From contig CAWGAA010000003.1 of assembly GCA_963820525.1 (NCBI GenBank), positions 352,779-416,778 of the forward strand: a stretch of DNA of 64,000 nucleotides. The letters are read 5' to 3'. A program made the translations under genes and the position numbers. Below the pieces are notes generated by a model. The model was not told the origin of the DNA, made no database searches, and worked only from the letters and a program-made list of their open reading frames with translations. Positions 1 to 10,770 of this stretch are shown here, in pieces (position 1 is the stretch's first letter; each line of letters starts with the position of its first letter). The DNA comes from an uncultured Spirochaetota bacterium (GTDB lineage: Bacteria; Spirochaetota; Spirochaetia; SZUA-6; Fen-1364).

Positions 1-555
1 ACGGTACTTCTGCACTATCGGTAGCTACTTGCGTATTTAGCCTTGGAAGGTGGTCCTCCCGGATTCCCGCAGGGTTTCTCGAGCCCCACGGTACTCAGGT
101 ACCTGCCCCGCGAAGCCTGCTCCGTTTCGTGTACGGGACTTTCACCCCCTCTGGTCGCCCTTCCCAGCGGCGTTCCACTACGAAAGCAGGTTTGTGACTT
201 CGCGGCACCCCGTGAAGAGTGCCAGAACAGGCCCTACAACCCCCGCGCCGCAACGGTTCACGCCTTGCACGGCCCGGGTTTGGGCTCCTCCCCGTTCGCT
301 CGCCGCTACTTGGGGAATCACGCTTGTTTTCTTTTCCTCCAGGTACTGAGATGGTTCAGTTCCCTGGGTTTCCCCTTCCGACCCTATGTATTCAGATCGG
401 AATGGCGGCTCTTCTAAACCGCCGGGTTACCCCATTCGGCTATCCGCGGATCTCGGGATGTGTGCTCCTCCCCGCGGCTTTTCGCAGCTTACCACGGCCT
501 TCTTCGTACAGTAGCTCCAAGGCATCCACCATGGACCCTTTCTCGCTTGACCATA
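1..555 (-). rRNA. rrl: 23S rRNA, 5' portion (continues past window edge)
   Basis: Reverse complement carries the conserved 23S 5' motifs (GGTCAAGCGAGAAAGGGTCCATGGTGGATGCCTTGG; ..AGTAGCGGCGAGCGAACGGGGAG..). End coordinate approximate. Confidence 0.85.
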
Positions 556-958
556 TTTTCAAGTATTCCATCTCGTGCGCGTCGGCCGAAGCGCGGTATT
601 CCGCGCGGAGGCGACACGCACACGCGGGCTCTGCCCGCGCGTAACCGCGTCAGCGACTTGCGCAGCAAGTCGCGAGAGCGGTCTCCTGCGCGCGCCCCCT
701 CACGGAGCCGCGCAAGTTCCAAGCCACGCCGCCTATGCCGAGACGTCGTGACTCTCTAGCAGCACGCTCAGGCCAACCGGTAATCCGTTGGCGTCGCCGC
801 AGGGCGGTACTTCCGCCCAAGGGACACCAACTTGCCTGGCGCGCTGCCGCGGCTCCGGCCCTTGGGCCGACGCCGCAGTACTGCTTCCCCGTCTCTCAGG
901 CCAACGGTTCCACAGTATCCTTCACCCTTCCCTAATGTGTGTCAAAGATCACGTACTC

Positions 959-1032
959 TGGAGGTAAGGGGACTTGAACCCCTGACCTATGGCTTGCAAA
1001 GCCACCGCTCTAGCCACTGAGCTATACCCCCA
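959..1032 (-). tRNA. tRNA-Ala (anticodon UGC) in 16S-23S spacer
   Basis: Reverse complement GGGGGTATAGCTCAGTGGCTAGAGCGGTGGCTTTGCAAGCCATAGGTCAGGGGTTCAAGTCCCCTTACCTCCA folds as a cloverleaf with anticodon loop CTTGCAA. No tRNA-Ile seen in spacer. Confidence 0.85.
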
Positions 1033-1171
1033 GGTAATTGTGCGAACTATGAGGAAAGGGAAGGGAGATGGAGGAACGGGTCGACTCAAGCCCTCTCGCT
1101 GTCCCGCTTGCGCGGGCCAGCTGCCGGGCTTTCGCCTTTCGCGTATTCGCTTCCGCGAATACGCTAGTACT

Positions 1172-2725
<1,554 letters not shown>

Positions 2726-3123
2726 ATATAAGGGCTGCCCTTGCGGGCAGCTTTTATTATCGATGCAGAGCCGCTCTCGCGGGTTTCCCCATGGAAACCG
2801 CGGGATTGACTTCGAAGCTCGCTCACCGCCACCGCTGACGTGCGGACGGCTCGCTCGCTTCTCGCAGTGCCCTCAGGCACCACGTTGACCCGTTCTCTCT
2901 TCTCTCCCCTTCCCTATTCCTGTCAAAGACCGGTGCCGTGGCTCTCCACGGCGGGCCCAACATCCGTTTCTTGGAACCGGCGCCGGACCTTGGCTGCGCC
3001 CCAAAGCCCCTTTCGGTGCCCTTGACGCGCCAATCTCAAGGACGGCTCTCCCCCCCTCTGAAACTGCCAGGGGATCGCGCACCCTTGAGGCAAGAACGAG
3101 TATAACCACACCGGGAACAATTG

Positions 3124-3696
3124 TCAACTGCTTTTCTTGAGAAAGTTCCTTAAAAATGCTCCGTAATCGGCCAAAGTCCAAAGAGCAACGGCTCCGCAAG
3201 CCAGGAAAAGAACGAATGCCGCCGTTCGGGCCAAACTCATATATGGGCTTCCCCAGCCGAGCTTGTCCATGGTGAGAAGCGCAATTCCAGCCCCTCCGCC
3301 CACCCCGTAGACCCAGGCCTTGAGCTTTCCGCTCAAACGCGCTGCAAGCATCACCCCTTGCCGCGAGACCACCACCCTGAGGTAGGAGACCGCCACGTCC
3401 CGATAGACCAAAAGCAGAAGAATCCAGAGCGGTAGATACCCGGATCCAGCGAAACATATGAAGTAGGTGATTCTGCTAATGGAATCGGCAAAAGGATCCA
3501 GCACTTTACCGATTTCGGACTCCTGTTTCAAAGCCCTTGCCATGTGTCCATCGAGGAGATCCGAAGCCTCAATGAGCGCGAAGACGCCCCAGAGCGCAAA
3601 GACTGCCGCAGACCCGCTCCCGGCGGAAGAATAGAGGATGAAGAAGATCGGAGCGAGAACGATCCTCCCGACGGTGAGGGCCATGGGCAAAGTCAT
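3124..3696 (-). CDS. CDP-alcohol phosphatidyltransferase family protein (PgsA-like)
   Basis: 190 aa multi-TM protein with a D-G-x2-A-R ... G-x3-D-x3-D type motif (DLLDGHMAR...). Confidence 0.7.
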   Translation of the reverse strand: MTLPMALTVGRIVLAPIFFILYSSAGSGSAAVFALWGVFALIEASDLLDGHMARALKQESEIGKVLDPFADSISRITYFICFAGSGYLPLWILLLLVYRDVAVSYLRVVVSRQGVMLAARLSGKLKAWVYGVGGGAGIALLTMDKLGWGSPYMSLARTAAFVLFLACGAVALWTLADYGAFLRNFLKKSS

Positions 3697-4036
3697 GGAG
3701 CCATAATAGTTTTCTAGCGTCGTTCGTCAATCGGTGCCGGCGCGTCCGGCGGCGAGCCGAACGCCGGAAACTCGCGCTTATCCGCCGATGCCCTCTCTTC
3801 TTCGATGGGCCGGAGCGTTTTTGAACGCGGCGAGCGCGGCGGCCACGCAGTGCTTGCAGAAGATGTCGCGGCGTTTCGTTGTGCAGGTGCACTCCCATGC
3901 CAAGCCCAACGGCGTCACGGTCGCCATGAATATTCTCCCTAGAGTGAAAAGTAATGAAAAAAGGGCGTTGCGGCCGCGAAAATGGCATGATCGGCATCCA
4001 CCGCGAGCTTGACATCACAGGTGCCGCCCTCTTACA

Positions 4037-4828
4037 GTGCCTCCGATGGCAGCGAACAAATCCTTGAAGAGGAGCATCGCATTCCTGCTCTCGTCGCTGT
4101 GCATCGCGCAGCTCGTCATCTTCGCGGCCATCCTTCTCGGCTACGGGATACGCTTGAGGGAGCTGGGCTTGTTCGCTGGTGTGACGGTCGCTTACCATGC
4201 CGCGCTTTCCCTGTTTCTAACTTGGCGAAGCGACGATTTCCGAGTCGACGGCACCTCCCAGGTCCTCTCGAGGGTCAATCCTCCAAACTCCCTGACAATC
4301 GCCCGGCTGAGCTCCATCCCCACGGCATTGTTCCTCATCCTTCTCTCCCGCAGGATCCAGCTCCTTCCCGTAGCCTTGCCGTACCTCGGCCTCGTATTCC
4401 TCACGGATTTCCTCGACGGGGCGCTCGCCAGAAAAAGGAAGGAAATAACCCTCGTAGGAAGATACCTGGATTCGGTGAGCGACTACCTCATCATCATTGC
4501 CACGTCCATTGTTTTCATCGCCTTCTCCCTCATCCCCCTCTGGTTTTTCATCCTCGTCCTTGCCCGTCTGGTGCTTTTTGCGTTCATGATGGGTCTCGCC
4601 GCCCTGAAGCAGGGCAAGGCAAGCCCTATGAGCACCTTCTTCGGCAAGGCATCAATCTTCGCCGTCATGGTGCTCTACCTTCTGGAGGTGGCGCAATACT
4701 TCGGGATTCCCTTCATCGGAGACCGCCTCGTGGTGCGGATCGTGGAGTACGCGGCTGCAGCCGTCATTGGAGTTTCATTCGTTGACAAGGCGATCTTCCT
4801 GAGAAAGCTCTTTGCCGGCTTGATTTGA
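4037..4828 (+). CDS. CDP-alcohol phosphatidyltransferase family membrane protein
   Basis: 263 aa, hydrophobic, motif DFLDGALARKRKEITLVGRYLDSVSD (DG-x2-AR-x8-G-x3-D-x3-D). Start may be a few codons downstream. Confidence 0.65.
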   Translation: MPPMAANKSLKRSIAFLLSSLCIAQLVIFAAILLGYGIRLRELGLFAGVTVAYHAALSLFLTWRSDDFRVDGTSQVLSRVNPPNSLTIARLSSIPTALFLILLSRRIQLLPVALPYLGLVFLTDFLDGALARKRKEITLVGRYLDSVSDYLIIIATSIVFIAFSLIPLWFFILVLARLVLFAFMMGLAALKQGKASPMSTFFGKASIFAVMVLYLLEVAQYFGIPFIGDRLVVRIVEYAAAAVIGVSFVDKAIFLRKLFAGLI

Positions 4829-4904
4829 GCGTGGCCTGCCCCCGACGTGAGCGGGCCCGGCACCGGTCCAGCCGTCCTGGAGCGGTAGAGGCTCTGCCCC
4901 CGCC

Positions 4905-5726
4905 TCACAGGTTGAGTGGCACTACCTCGACGCCCCCGTCGTTCTGGACCCGGATCGAGTAGGAGGCGAGCTCGCGGGCTTTCTTCATATCCACCTCGAT
5001 CTGGACCGACTTCACGCCGGGAATTCCTTTTTCATTATTTTCGAAGAACGAATAGACGGCCTCCGCTATGCCGGAGGGGTTTCCAAAATAGAAATCCGTG
5101 TTCCCTTGCCGAAAGACAGTCTTGTCCCCTTCCCGTATGGCGCGGAAGGAGGTTACGCCGACAAAGCGATACCAGGTCTTGGCGCCGAGAAACACCCAGG
5201 AATCGTCGAAAATCACCACTTTGACGATGGGGGCGAAGTAGCCGCCTTCCATGTCGAGCATCTTTGCCTCGCCCTTTTCGGGGATGAGCTCGAGCTTCAT
5301 GCGGGAATCGGTCGCGCCGATGACGCGCACCGTCGCGATTTCGGTCTCTCCCGTGAAAGCCTGGAGGCTTCTGAGAAACAGCCCCGTGACCATCACGAGA
5401 AGCGCGGCCAGGAGAATGACGGGGATCCCGAGCGCTTTCTTGAACCGGAGCGCGAAAAACGAAACACCCGCCGCCCCGACGGCGAGGTATGCCAGCCGGA
5501 CATCCCGGATCTTCTCCGGCCCGGGGATGAGCACGGCGGCGAGGCCCAAAAGGATCGCGGCCGAAAGGTAGAGGCAGACAAAGACCCATTTCCAGGTCCT
5601 CGCCCTCTCCGGCTCGGCTTTTCGGCCCGTGGACATCGTTGCCCTGCTGAGCGCGGCTGCGAAAGCGATGGCGCCGAGAAAGACCCATGGGAATGGACTC
5701 GCCACGAACGCAATCCCCGTGAACAT
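4905..5726 (-). CDS. membrane protein of unknown function (N-terminal TM helices, C-terminal soluble domain)
   Basis: 273 aa ORF. Co-directional and tightly spaced with thrS and the ATP-cone kinase gene. Confidence 0.5.
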   Translation of the reverse strand: MFTGIAFVASPFPWVFLGAIAFAAALSRATMSTGRKAEPERARTWKWVFVCLYLSAAILLGLAAVLIPGPEKIRDVRLAYLAVGAAGVSFFALRFKKALGIPVILLAALLVMVTGLFLRSLQAFTGETEIATVRVIGATDSRMKLELIPEKGEAKMLDMEGGYFAPIVKVVIFDDSWVFLGAKTWYRFVGVTSFRAIREGDKTVFRQGNTDFYFGNPSGIAEAVYSFFENNEKGIPGVKSVQIEVDMKKARELASYSIRVQNDGGVEVVPLNL

Positions 5727-5760
5727 GAGAATCCCCCTCGCCTGCGGGGCGAGCCCCGCA

Positions 5761-7095
5761 TCAATGATATCTGTACGCGCTCCCGCCGATGAACTCCCGC
5801 AGGAGCGAGGTTTGCGGAACCAGGCTCTCGTCGCTCACGGTGGGGATCTGAGAGAACATATCCATGACCCGGGCCGACCTCTCGTAGGCATCCTTCCTCT
5901 CGGGGTCCGCCCGAAACTCGTCCAGGAGCGGGGCCAGGTGACTCTCGACCCTGTTCTTCATAAAGGGAAGCTCGTAGGGCAGGAAGCCGTTGACGATCAC
6001 GTGGGCCCTCTTGAGCTCGGGGACGATGTAGCGAAGCTCCGCCCTGCGCACCAGGTGCCAGTGGCGGATGGTTTCCCTCGGAGAGTAGTTTCGAAACTGC
6101 ATGTCGCGCACCATGCGGCGAAGGAGCCGAACGTCGGCCCACCTGATGTAGCGCTTCTCCCTGTCCTTCAGGGCGGAAAGGGTCTCGATATAGAGGCGGA
6201 ACTTCATCCGTTCGGGCACACGTGATGTCATTTCTGGGAAGAGCCCGTGAAGCGAGTCGATGAGGAGAACCTGGTTGCCGCCAAGGGAAAGAGTTTCCGC
6301 CGTCCCTTCGCGTTTGCCCGTCTTGAAGTTGTAATGCGGCACGGAAACAGGCTTTCCCTCGATGATCGCCGTGAGGTGCTCGTTGATCAGCGGGAGATCC
6401 AGGGCCTGGGGGGTCTCGAAGTCATAGTCGTCCTGCCCGATCCTGGGGTGGTAGGCGAGGTCGAAGAAATAGTTGTCCACGGTCAAGGGCACCGTGTCCA
6501 GCCCGGCGGCCGAGAGCTTCTCTCGGATCTTGATCGTGGTCGTGGTCTTCCCCGACGATGAAGGCCCGGCAATGATCACGATTTTAAGTCCATCCCTGCG
6601 CTCGAGGATCCGCTGGGCGGCATCTTCCAGCTCGTTCTCGTAGAACCCATCGCTGGCGCGGATGAGATCCGGCAGCTTCCCCGCGTTCACGATCGCGGAG
6701 AGCTGTTCGAGCGTGACGCAGTCATTGTCCGTGGCCCATGAGAGCGCCTGCCAGAGCTTGCGGTAGGGGATGTTCTCCGCCGAATAGGTGAGGCTCTCCC
6801 TGCCCGCGCGCTTGAGGGCGTGTTCGTATCGATAGACGATGTATGCCTTGGCCGTGCGGGCATGCCCGCGCTCGATGAGGGCCTTCTCCACGAGGTCCTG
6901 CACCTCCTCGACGGTCGGAAACGTCCCCCGATCCTGCATCGATTCGAGCATTGCCAGGACGTCGTCGGTGACCCTCTCCGCCTCCTCCTTGTCCCTTCCC
7001 CCAACGGAGATCGCCGCCCGATAGACCGCGGAGGTGATCTTCTCGCGCTTGAAGTCGACGAGCCTGCCGTCACGCGTTATGATCTTGTCGATCAT
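5761..7095 (-). CDS. ATP-cone domain fused to uridine-kinase/phosphoribulokinase-like P-loop nucleoside kinase
   Basis: 444 aa. N-terminal ATP-cone-like segment (MIDKIITRDGRLVDFKREKITSAV...), P-loop IIAGPSSSGKTTT, UDK/PRK-like body. Confidence 0.7.
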   Translation of the reverse strand: MIDKIITRDGRLVDFKREKITSAVYRAAISVGGRDKEEAERVTDDVLAMLESMQDRGTFPTVEEVQDLVEKALIERGHARTAKAYIVYRYEHALKRAGRESLTYSAENIPYRKLWQALSWATDNDCVTLEQLSAIVNAGKLPDLIRASDGFYENELEDAAQRILERRDGLKIVIIAGPSSSGKTTTTIKIREKLSAAGLDTVPLTVDNYFFDLAYHPRIGQDDYDFETPQALDLPLINEHLTAIIEGKPVSVPHYNFKTGKREGTAETLSLGGNQVLLIDSLHGLFPEMTSRVPERMKFRLYIETLSALKDREKRYIRWADVRLLRRMVRDMQFRNYSPRETIRHWHLVRRAELRYIVPELKRAHVIVNGFLPYELPFMKNRVESHLAPLLDEFRADPERKDAYERSARVMDMFSQIPTVSDESLVPQTSLLREFIGGSAYRYH

Positions 7096-7099
7096 GCTG

Positions 7100-8842
7100 C
7101 TACTCCAGCGATTTCAGCGCCGTCTCCTTCTCCATGAGGGCGAGGAACTCTTCCAGGGGGACCATGTTCTTCTGCTCCCCGCTTCGGGAACGCAGCGACA
7201 CGGCTCCCGCCTGCTGTTCCTTTTCCCCGAGGATCAGCATGTAGGGGATCTTCTGGTTCTGGGCGTTCCTGATCTTCGCGTTCATCCGCTCGTCCCCCTT
7301 GTCCGCCACAGCCCGGACTTCTCGCGCCTTCAGCGCGCCCACAACCCGGTCAGCGAAGTCGTTGAACGGCGCGGCGACGGGAATCGCGGCCACCTGCACC
7401 GGCGCGAGCCACGTCGGGAAAGCGCCGCCGTAGTGCTCGATGAGCACGCCGAAGAACCTCTCCAGCGATCCCAGGAGCGCCCGGTGTACCATGAAGGGCC
7501 GCTTCTGCGTATTGTCCGCCGCCACGTAGGTCATTTCGAAGCGCGCGCTCATGTTGAAGTCGAACTGGATCGTGGTCATCTGCCACTCGCGGCCAAGCGC
7601 ATCCTTGATCTTGAGGTCGATCTTGGGCCCATAGAACGCCCCGCCGCCTTCGTCCAGCACGTAGGGAAGCTTCTCCGCATCGATGGCCTTCTTGAGCGAA
7701 GAGATCGCCTTGTCCCAGCTCTGGTCGTCGCCCACTGCCCCGGCCGGCTTGGTGGCGAGGTACGCCTTTACGTCCTCGAAGCCGAACGCCTTCCAGATCT
7801 TCAGCGAGAAGCGGAGGACCTCCAGGATCTCGTCCTCGATCTGCTCCTGGGTGCAGATGATGTGCGCATCGTCCTGCGTGAAGCCACGCACGCGCATCAG
7901 CCCGTGCAGGACTCCGGAGCGCTCGTAGCGGTACACGGTCCCCAGCTCAGCCCAGCGCAGCGGCAGATCACGGTACGAGCGCAGCTGGCTCTTGTAGATC
8001 ATGATGTGGAAGGGGCAGTTCATCGGCTTGAGGTAGTAGTTCACCTCGTCGATGGAAAGGGGCGAATACATGTTCTCGGCATAGAATCCCAGGTGACCGG
8101 AGGTCTCCCAGAGCCAGGACTTGCCGATGTGCGGTGTATAGAGGATCTCGTAGCCGTTCTTTAGATGCTCGCGCCGCCAGAAATCTTCTATTGTCAGGCG
8201 GACCCGCGCGCCTTTCGGGTGCCAGTAGATGAGCCCCGCTCCCGCCTCCTCGTGAGTGGAGAAGAGGTCCAGCTCCTTGCCCAGCCTCCTGTGGTCGCGC
8301 TTCTCGATTTCCTCCATCCGCTTGAGGTGTGCCTCGAGATCCTTCTTCGATTCCCAGGCGGTCCCGTAAATCCGCTGGAGCTGGGCGTTCTTCTCGTCGC
8401 CCCGCCAGTAGGCGCCGGCAACCTTTGTGAGCTTGAAGGCATCCGGGGAAAGCTCCGCCGTGCTCTTCACGTGGGGCCCCCGGCAGAGATCCGTGAAGGT
8501 ATCCTGCGTATAAGTCGAGATCTCCTCTCCCTCGGGCAGGTCCTGGATCAGCTCCAGCTTGTAGGGCTGGTCCTTGAAGAGCGAGCGCGCTTCCTTTCTA
8601 CTGATGCTCTTCCGCGTGAATGGATGTCTGGCCGCAACGATCTCGCGCATCTTCTCTTCGAGCGTGGAGAGATCCTCGGTCTTCAGGGGCCGGGGGAGAT
8701 CAAAATCGTAGTAGAACCCGTCTTCGATGGCGGGTCCGATCGCAAGCTTAGCGCCGGGGAACATCTGAAGCACCGCTTCCGCCATGACATGAGAGAAGGA
8801 ATGGCGGATCTCTGAAAGCCGGTCGCTCTGAGCGCTTTCCAT
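7100..8842 (-). CDS. thrS: threonine--tRNA ligase (short form lacking N-terminal TGS domain)
   Basis: 580 aa with class II aaRS core and ThrRS-specific motifs (HRxLxGS, FYGPKIDLK, C-terminal anticodon-binding domain). Confidence 0.9.
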   Translation of the reverse strand: MESAQSDRLSEIRHSFSHVMAEAVLQMFPGAKLAIGPAIEDGFYYDFDLPRPLKTEDLSTLEEKMREIVAARHPFTRKSISRKEARSLFKDQPYKLELIQDLPEGEEISTYTQDTFTDLCRGPHVKSTAELSPDAFKLTKVAGAYWRGDEKNAQLQRIYGTAWESKKDLEAHLKRMEEIEKRDHRRLGKELDLFSTHEEAGAGLIYWHPKGARVRLTIEDFWRREHLKNGYEILYTPHIGKSWLWETSGHLGFYAENMYSPLSIDEVNYYLKPMNCPFHIMIYKSQLRSYRDLPLRWAELGTVYRYERSGVLHGLMRVRGFTQDDAHIICTQEQIEDEILEVLRFSLKIWKAFGFEDVKAYLATKPAGAVGDDQSWDKAISSLKKAIDAEKLPYVLDEGGGAFYGPKIDLKIKDALGREWQMTTIQFDFNMSARFEMTYVAADNTQKRPFMVHRALLGSLERFFGVLIEHYGGAFPTWLAPVQVAAIPVAAPFNDFADRVVGALKAREVRAVADKGDERMNAKIRNAQNQKIPYMLILGEKEQQAGAVSLRSRSGEQKNMVPLEEFLALMEKETALKSLE

Positions 8843-9130
8843 GAAAACCTCCTAAAAACAAAGCCTTTTTCGGCCGTTCATCCCTGGTCCGCGCCGCGAC
8901 CTCTCGCGGCGGGCGCATTCAAGGACGAAAAGCCGAAAAAGGCTTTCCGCGGTTCCACCTTGTTTCGCGCGGCTCTGGAAACCTCACCGCGCGCGCTCGA
9001 TCAAGCCCGTATCGGGGGCCGGCCGGCTTCTCATACTCGGCTTCATCGCTCGGTGCCCGCTCACTCGATGCCGCCTTTCCGATAGCTGCTCCGGAGTGGT
9101 TTTCGGCGGGTCCCGGTCAGGCGCCTTCCA
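8843..9130 (-). promoter_or_regulatory. putative T-box riboswitch leader of thrS
   Basis: Minus-strand leader contains AAACAAGGTGGAACCGCGG (T-box consensus AAUUAGGGUGGNACCGCGG) about 130 nt upstream of the thrS ATG. Upstream is a GA-rich stem-I-like region (AGUAUGAGAA) and an ACCA candidate Thr specifier. Downstream are hairpins and the SD AGGAGG. Confidence 0.35.
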
Positions 9131-9510
9131 GCCCAAGGGGAGTTGGCCGCGCTTGTGCGGCGCCTTCCCGCCCTTTCGGGCGCCCTCTCTCTCGGCCCGG
9201 ATGACCGCTTACTCGTCTCCTTCGATGCGTGAGAACCAGTATCGGAAAAAACACCAGGGGTGTCAACCCGGCCGCGTCGGCGCGAAGCGCGACACGGCCA
9301 GAGGGGGCCCCAGCGCGGCAGCGGTTTGCGCAGCAAACTGCGGGAGCGCTGGGGATGGTCTGGCGCCCCGGAACGCCGCACCTGCGTCTAACACACCGCG
9401 AGCGCGGCTTATGGGGGCCCCAACGCGCGGCGCTAAACGCGACATCGCCTGAGCTCGACAATCTCTGTGTCGTTGACACCCCCTTGCACCGACACTACAC
9501 TTAAAGGCGA

Positions 9511-10650
9511 ATGAATCGCATTGACATCTACACAATCGATATCGGCGGGGGCCATATTGCGCCCGCCCAGGCAATAAAGGAGCAGTTCGACCTTCTCGGC
9601 TACAAGGATCTGGACGTGCGCGTCGTAAACGTCGGCGTGCAGCTCAACGCGCGCTTCCTGCGCGCCGTCTACAAGATCTATTGGGACTTCGCGCTTCGCT
9701 ATCCCCCCCTCATCAATGCCTTCTATAGAGGCGCCGACAACCCCATCATGATGACCGTCCTCGACAGGCTGTTCGGAATCACGTTCCTGCCCCGGTTCAT
9801 GCACTACCTCGAGAAGCAGAAGCCGGACCTTGTCCTCTCCACCTACTTCACCTTCACGCACTACCTGGAGATGTTCAAGCGAGTAGGGCAGCTCGACGCA
9901 ATCACGGTTGCGCTCAACCCGGAGCCGTTCGACGCTCACTTCATCTGGTTCTCCCACGCCTTCGACTACAGCCTCGTGTTCTCGGGCAAATCACGCGATG
10001 AGATCGTCAAAAAAGGGATCTCGAGGCGAAAGGTGAAGGTCTTCCCGTTTCCCGTCAAGCCCACCTACGCCAAGAGGTGGGAGTCGAAGGAGGAGCTTCG
10101 GACAAAGCTGGAGATTGCCCGCGAGCCTTTCACGTTCCTTTTCGTCTTCGGGGCTGAAGGCAAGGGGCCGGTGAAGAAGTTCCTCGCGGCGCTGGCGCAG
10201 CACAAGCTGGACTGCCAGGTCATGGTGGTCTGCGGGAAGAACCGCCCTCTTCAGCAGGAGCTGGAAGAGCTGAGCCGAACCTCCAGAGGGGGTCCTCGCA
10301 TCCGCGTGCGCGGATTCGTCCGCAACCTGGGGGACTACATCGCGGCCTCGGACGTCGTCGTGGGAAAATCAGGCCCCAATCAGGTATTCGAGACGCTCAT
10401 TCAAGAGCGGCCGATCATCATCTCCAGCTTCCTCGCCAATGAAAAACGGACATCGGATTGGGTGCTGGAAAACAGGGTGGGCTGGCTCTGCAGGACTCCC
10501 GAGCAGTTCGCGCGGCTTGCCGCCCGGATCATCACGCATCCCGCAATCCTCGACAGCTACGGCCGGAACATCCGCTCGCTCAACCTGAGGTCCGGAACGC
10601 CCGATATCTGCGCCTTCCTCTACGATCTTCTCAAGGAGAAGCGGGGGTAG
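9511..10650 (+). CDS. GT28-family glycosyltransferase (monogalactosyl/monoglucosyl-diacylglycerol synthase-like)
   Basis: 379 aa. N-terminal IGGGHIAPAQAI resembles MGDG-synthase/UgtP N-termini. C-terminal Glyco_trans-like half. Confidence 0.65.
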   Translation: MNRIDIYTIDIGGGHIAPAQAIKEQFDLLGYKDLDVRVVNVGVQLNARFLRAVYKIYWDFALRYPPLINAFYRGADNPIMMTVLDRLFGITFLPRFMHYLEKQKPDLVLSTYFTFTHYLEMFKRVGQLDAITVALNPEPFDAHFIWFSHAFDYSLVFSGKSRDEIVKKGISRRKVKVFPFPVKPTYAKRWESKEELRTKLEIAREPFTFLFVFGAEGKGPVKKFLAALAQHKLDCQVMVVCGKNRPLQQELEELSRTSRGGPRIRVRGFVRNLGDYIAASDVVVGKSGPNQVFETLIQERPIIISSFLANEKRTSDWVLENRVGWLCRTPEQFARLAARIITHPAILDSYGRNIRSLNLRSGTPDICAFLYDLLKEKRG

Positions 10651-10770
10651 GAAGCTCGCCGCGGCGGGGCTTTCGTGGACGAGCCTTTGCCGCCTTGGCG
10701 ACGAACCGCGGCCGCGCCGACGGCCTCGGCAGCTTCTCGCGGTACTCACCCAGCCCGGGCCGCTCCCCGC

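Noticed and set aside
5035-6142. Arg/Gly-rich ORFs overlapping the membrane-protein and ATP-cone kinase genes
   Set aside because: Low-complexity translations typical of the wrong frame in GC-rich DNA. No motif support.
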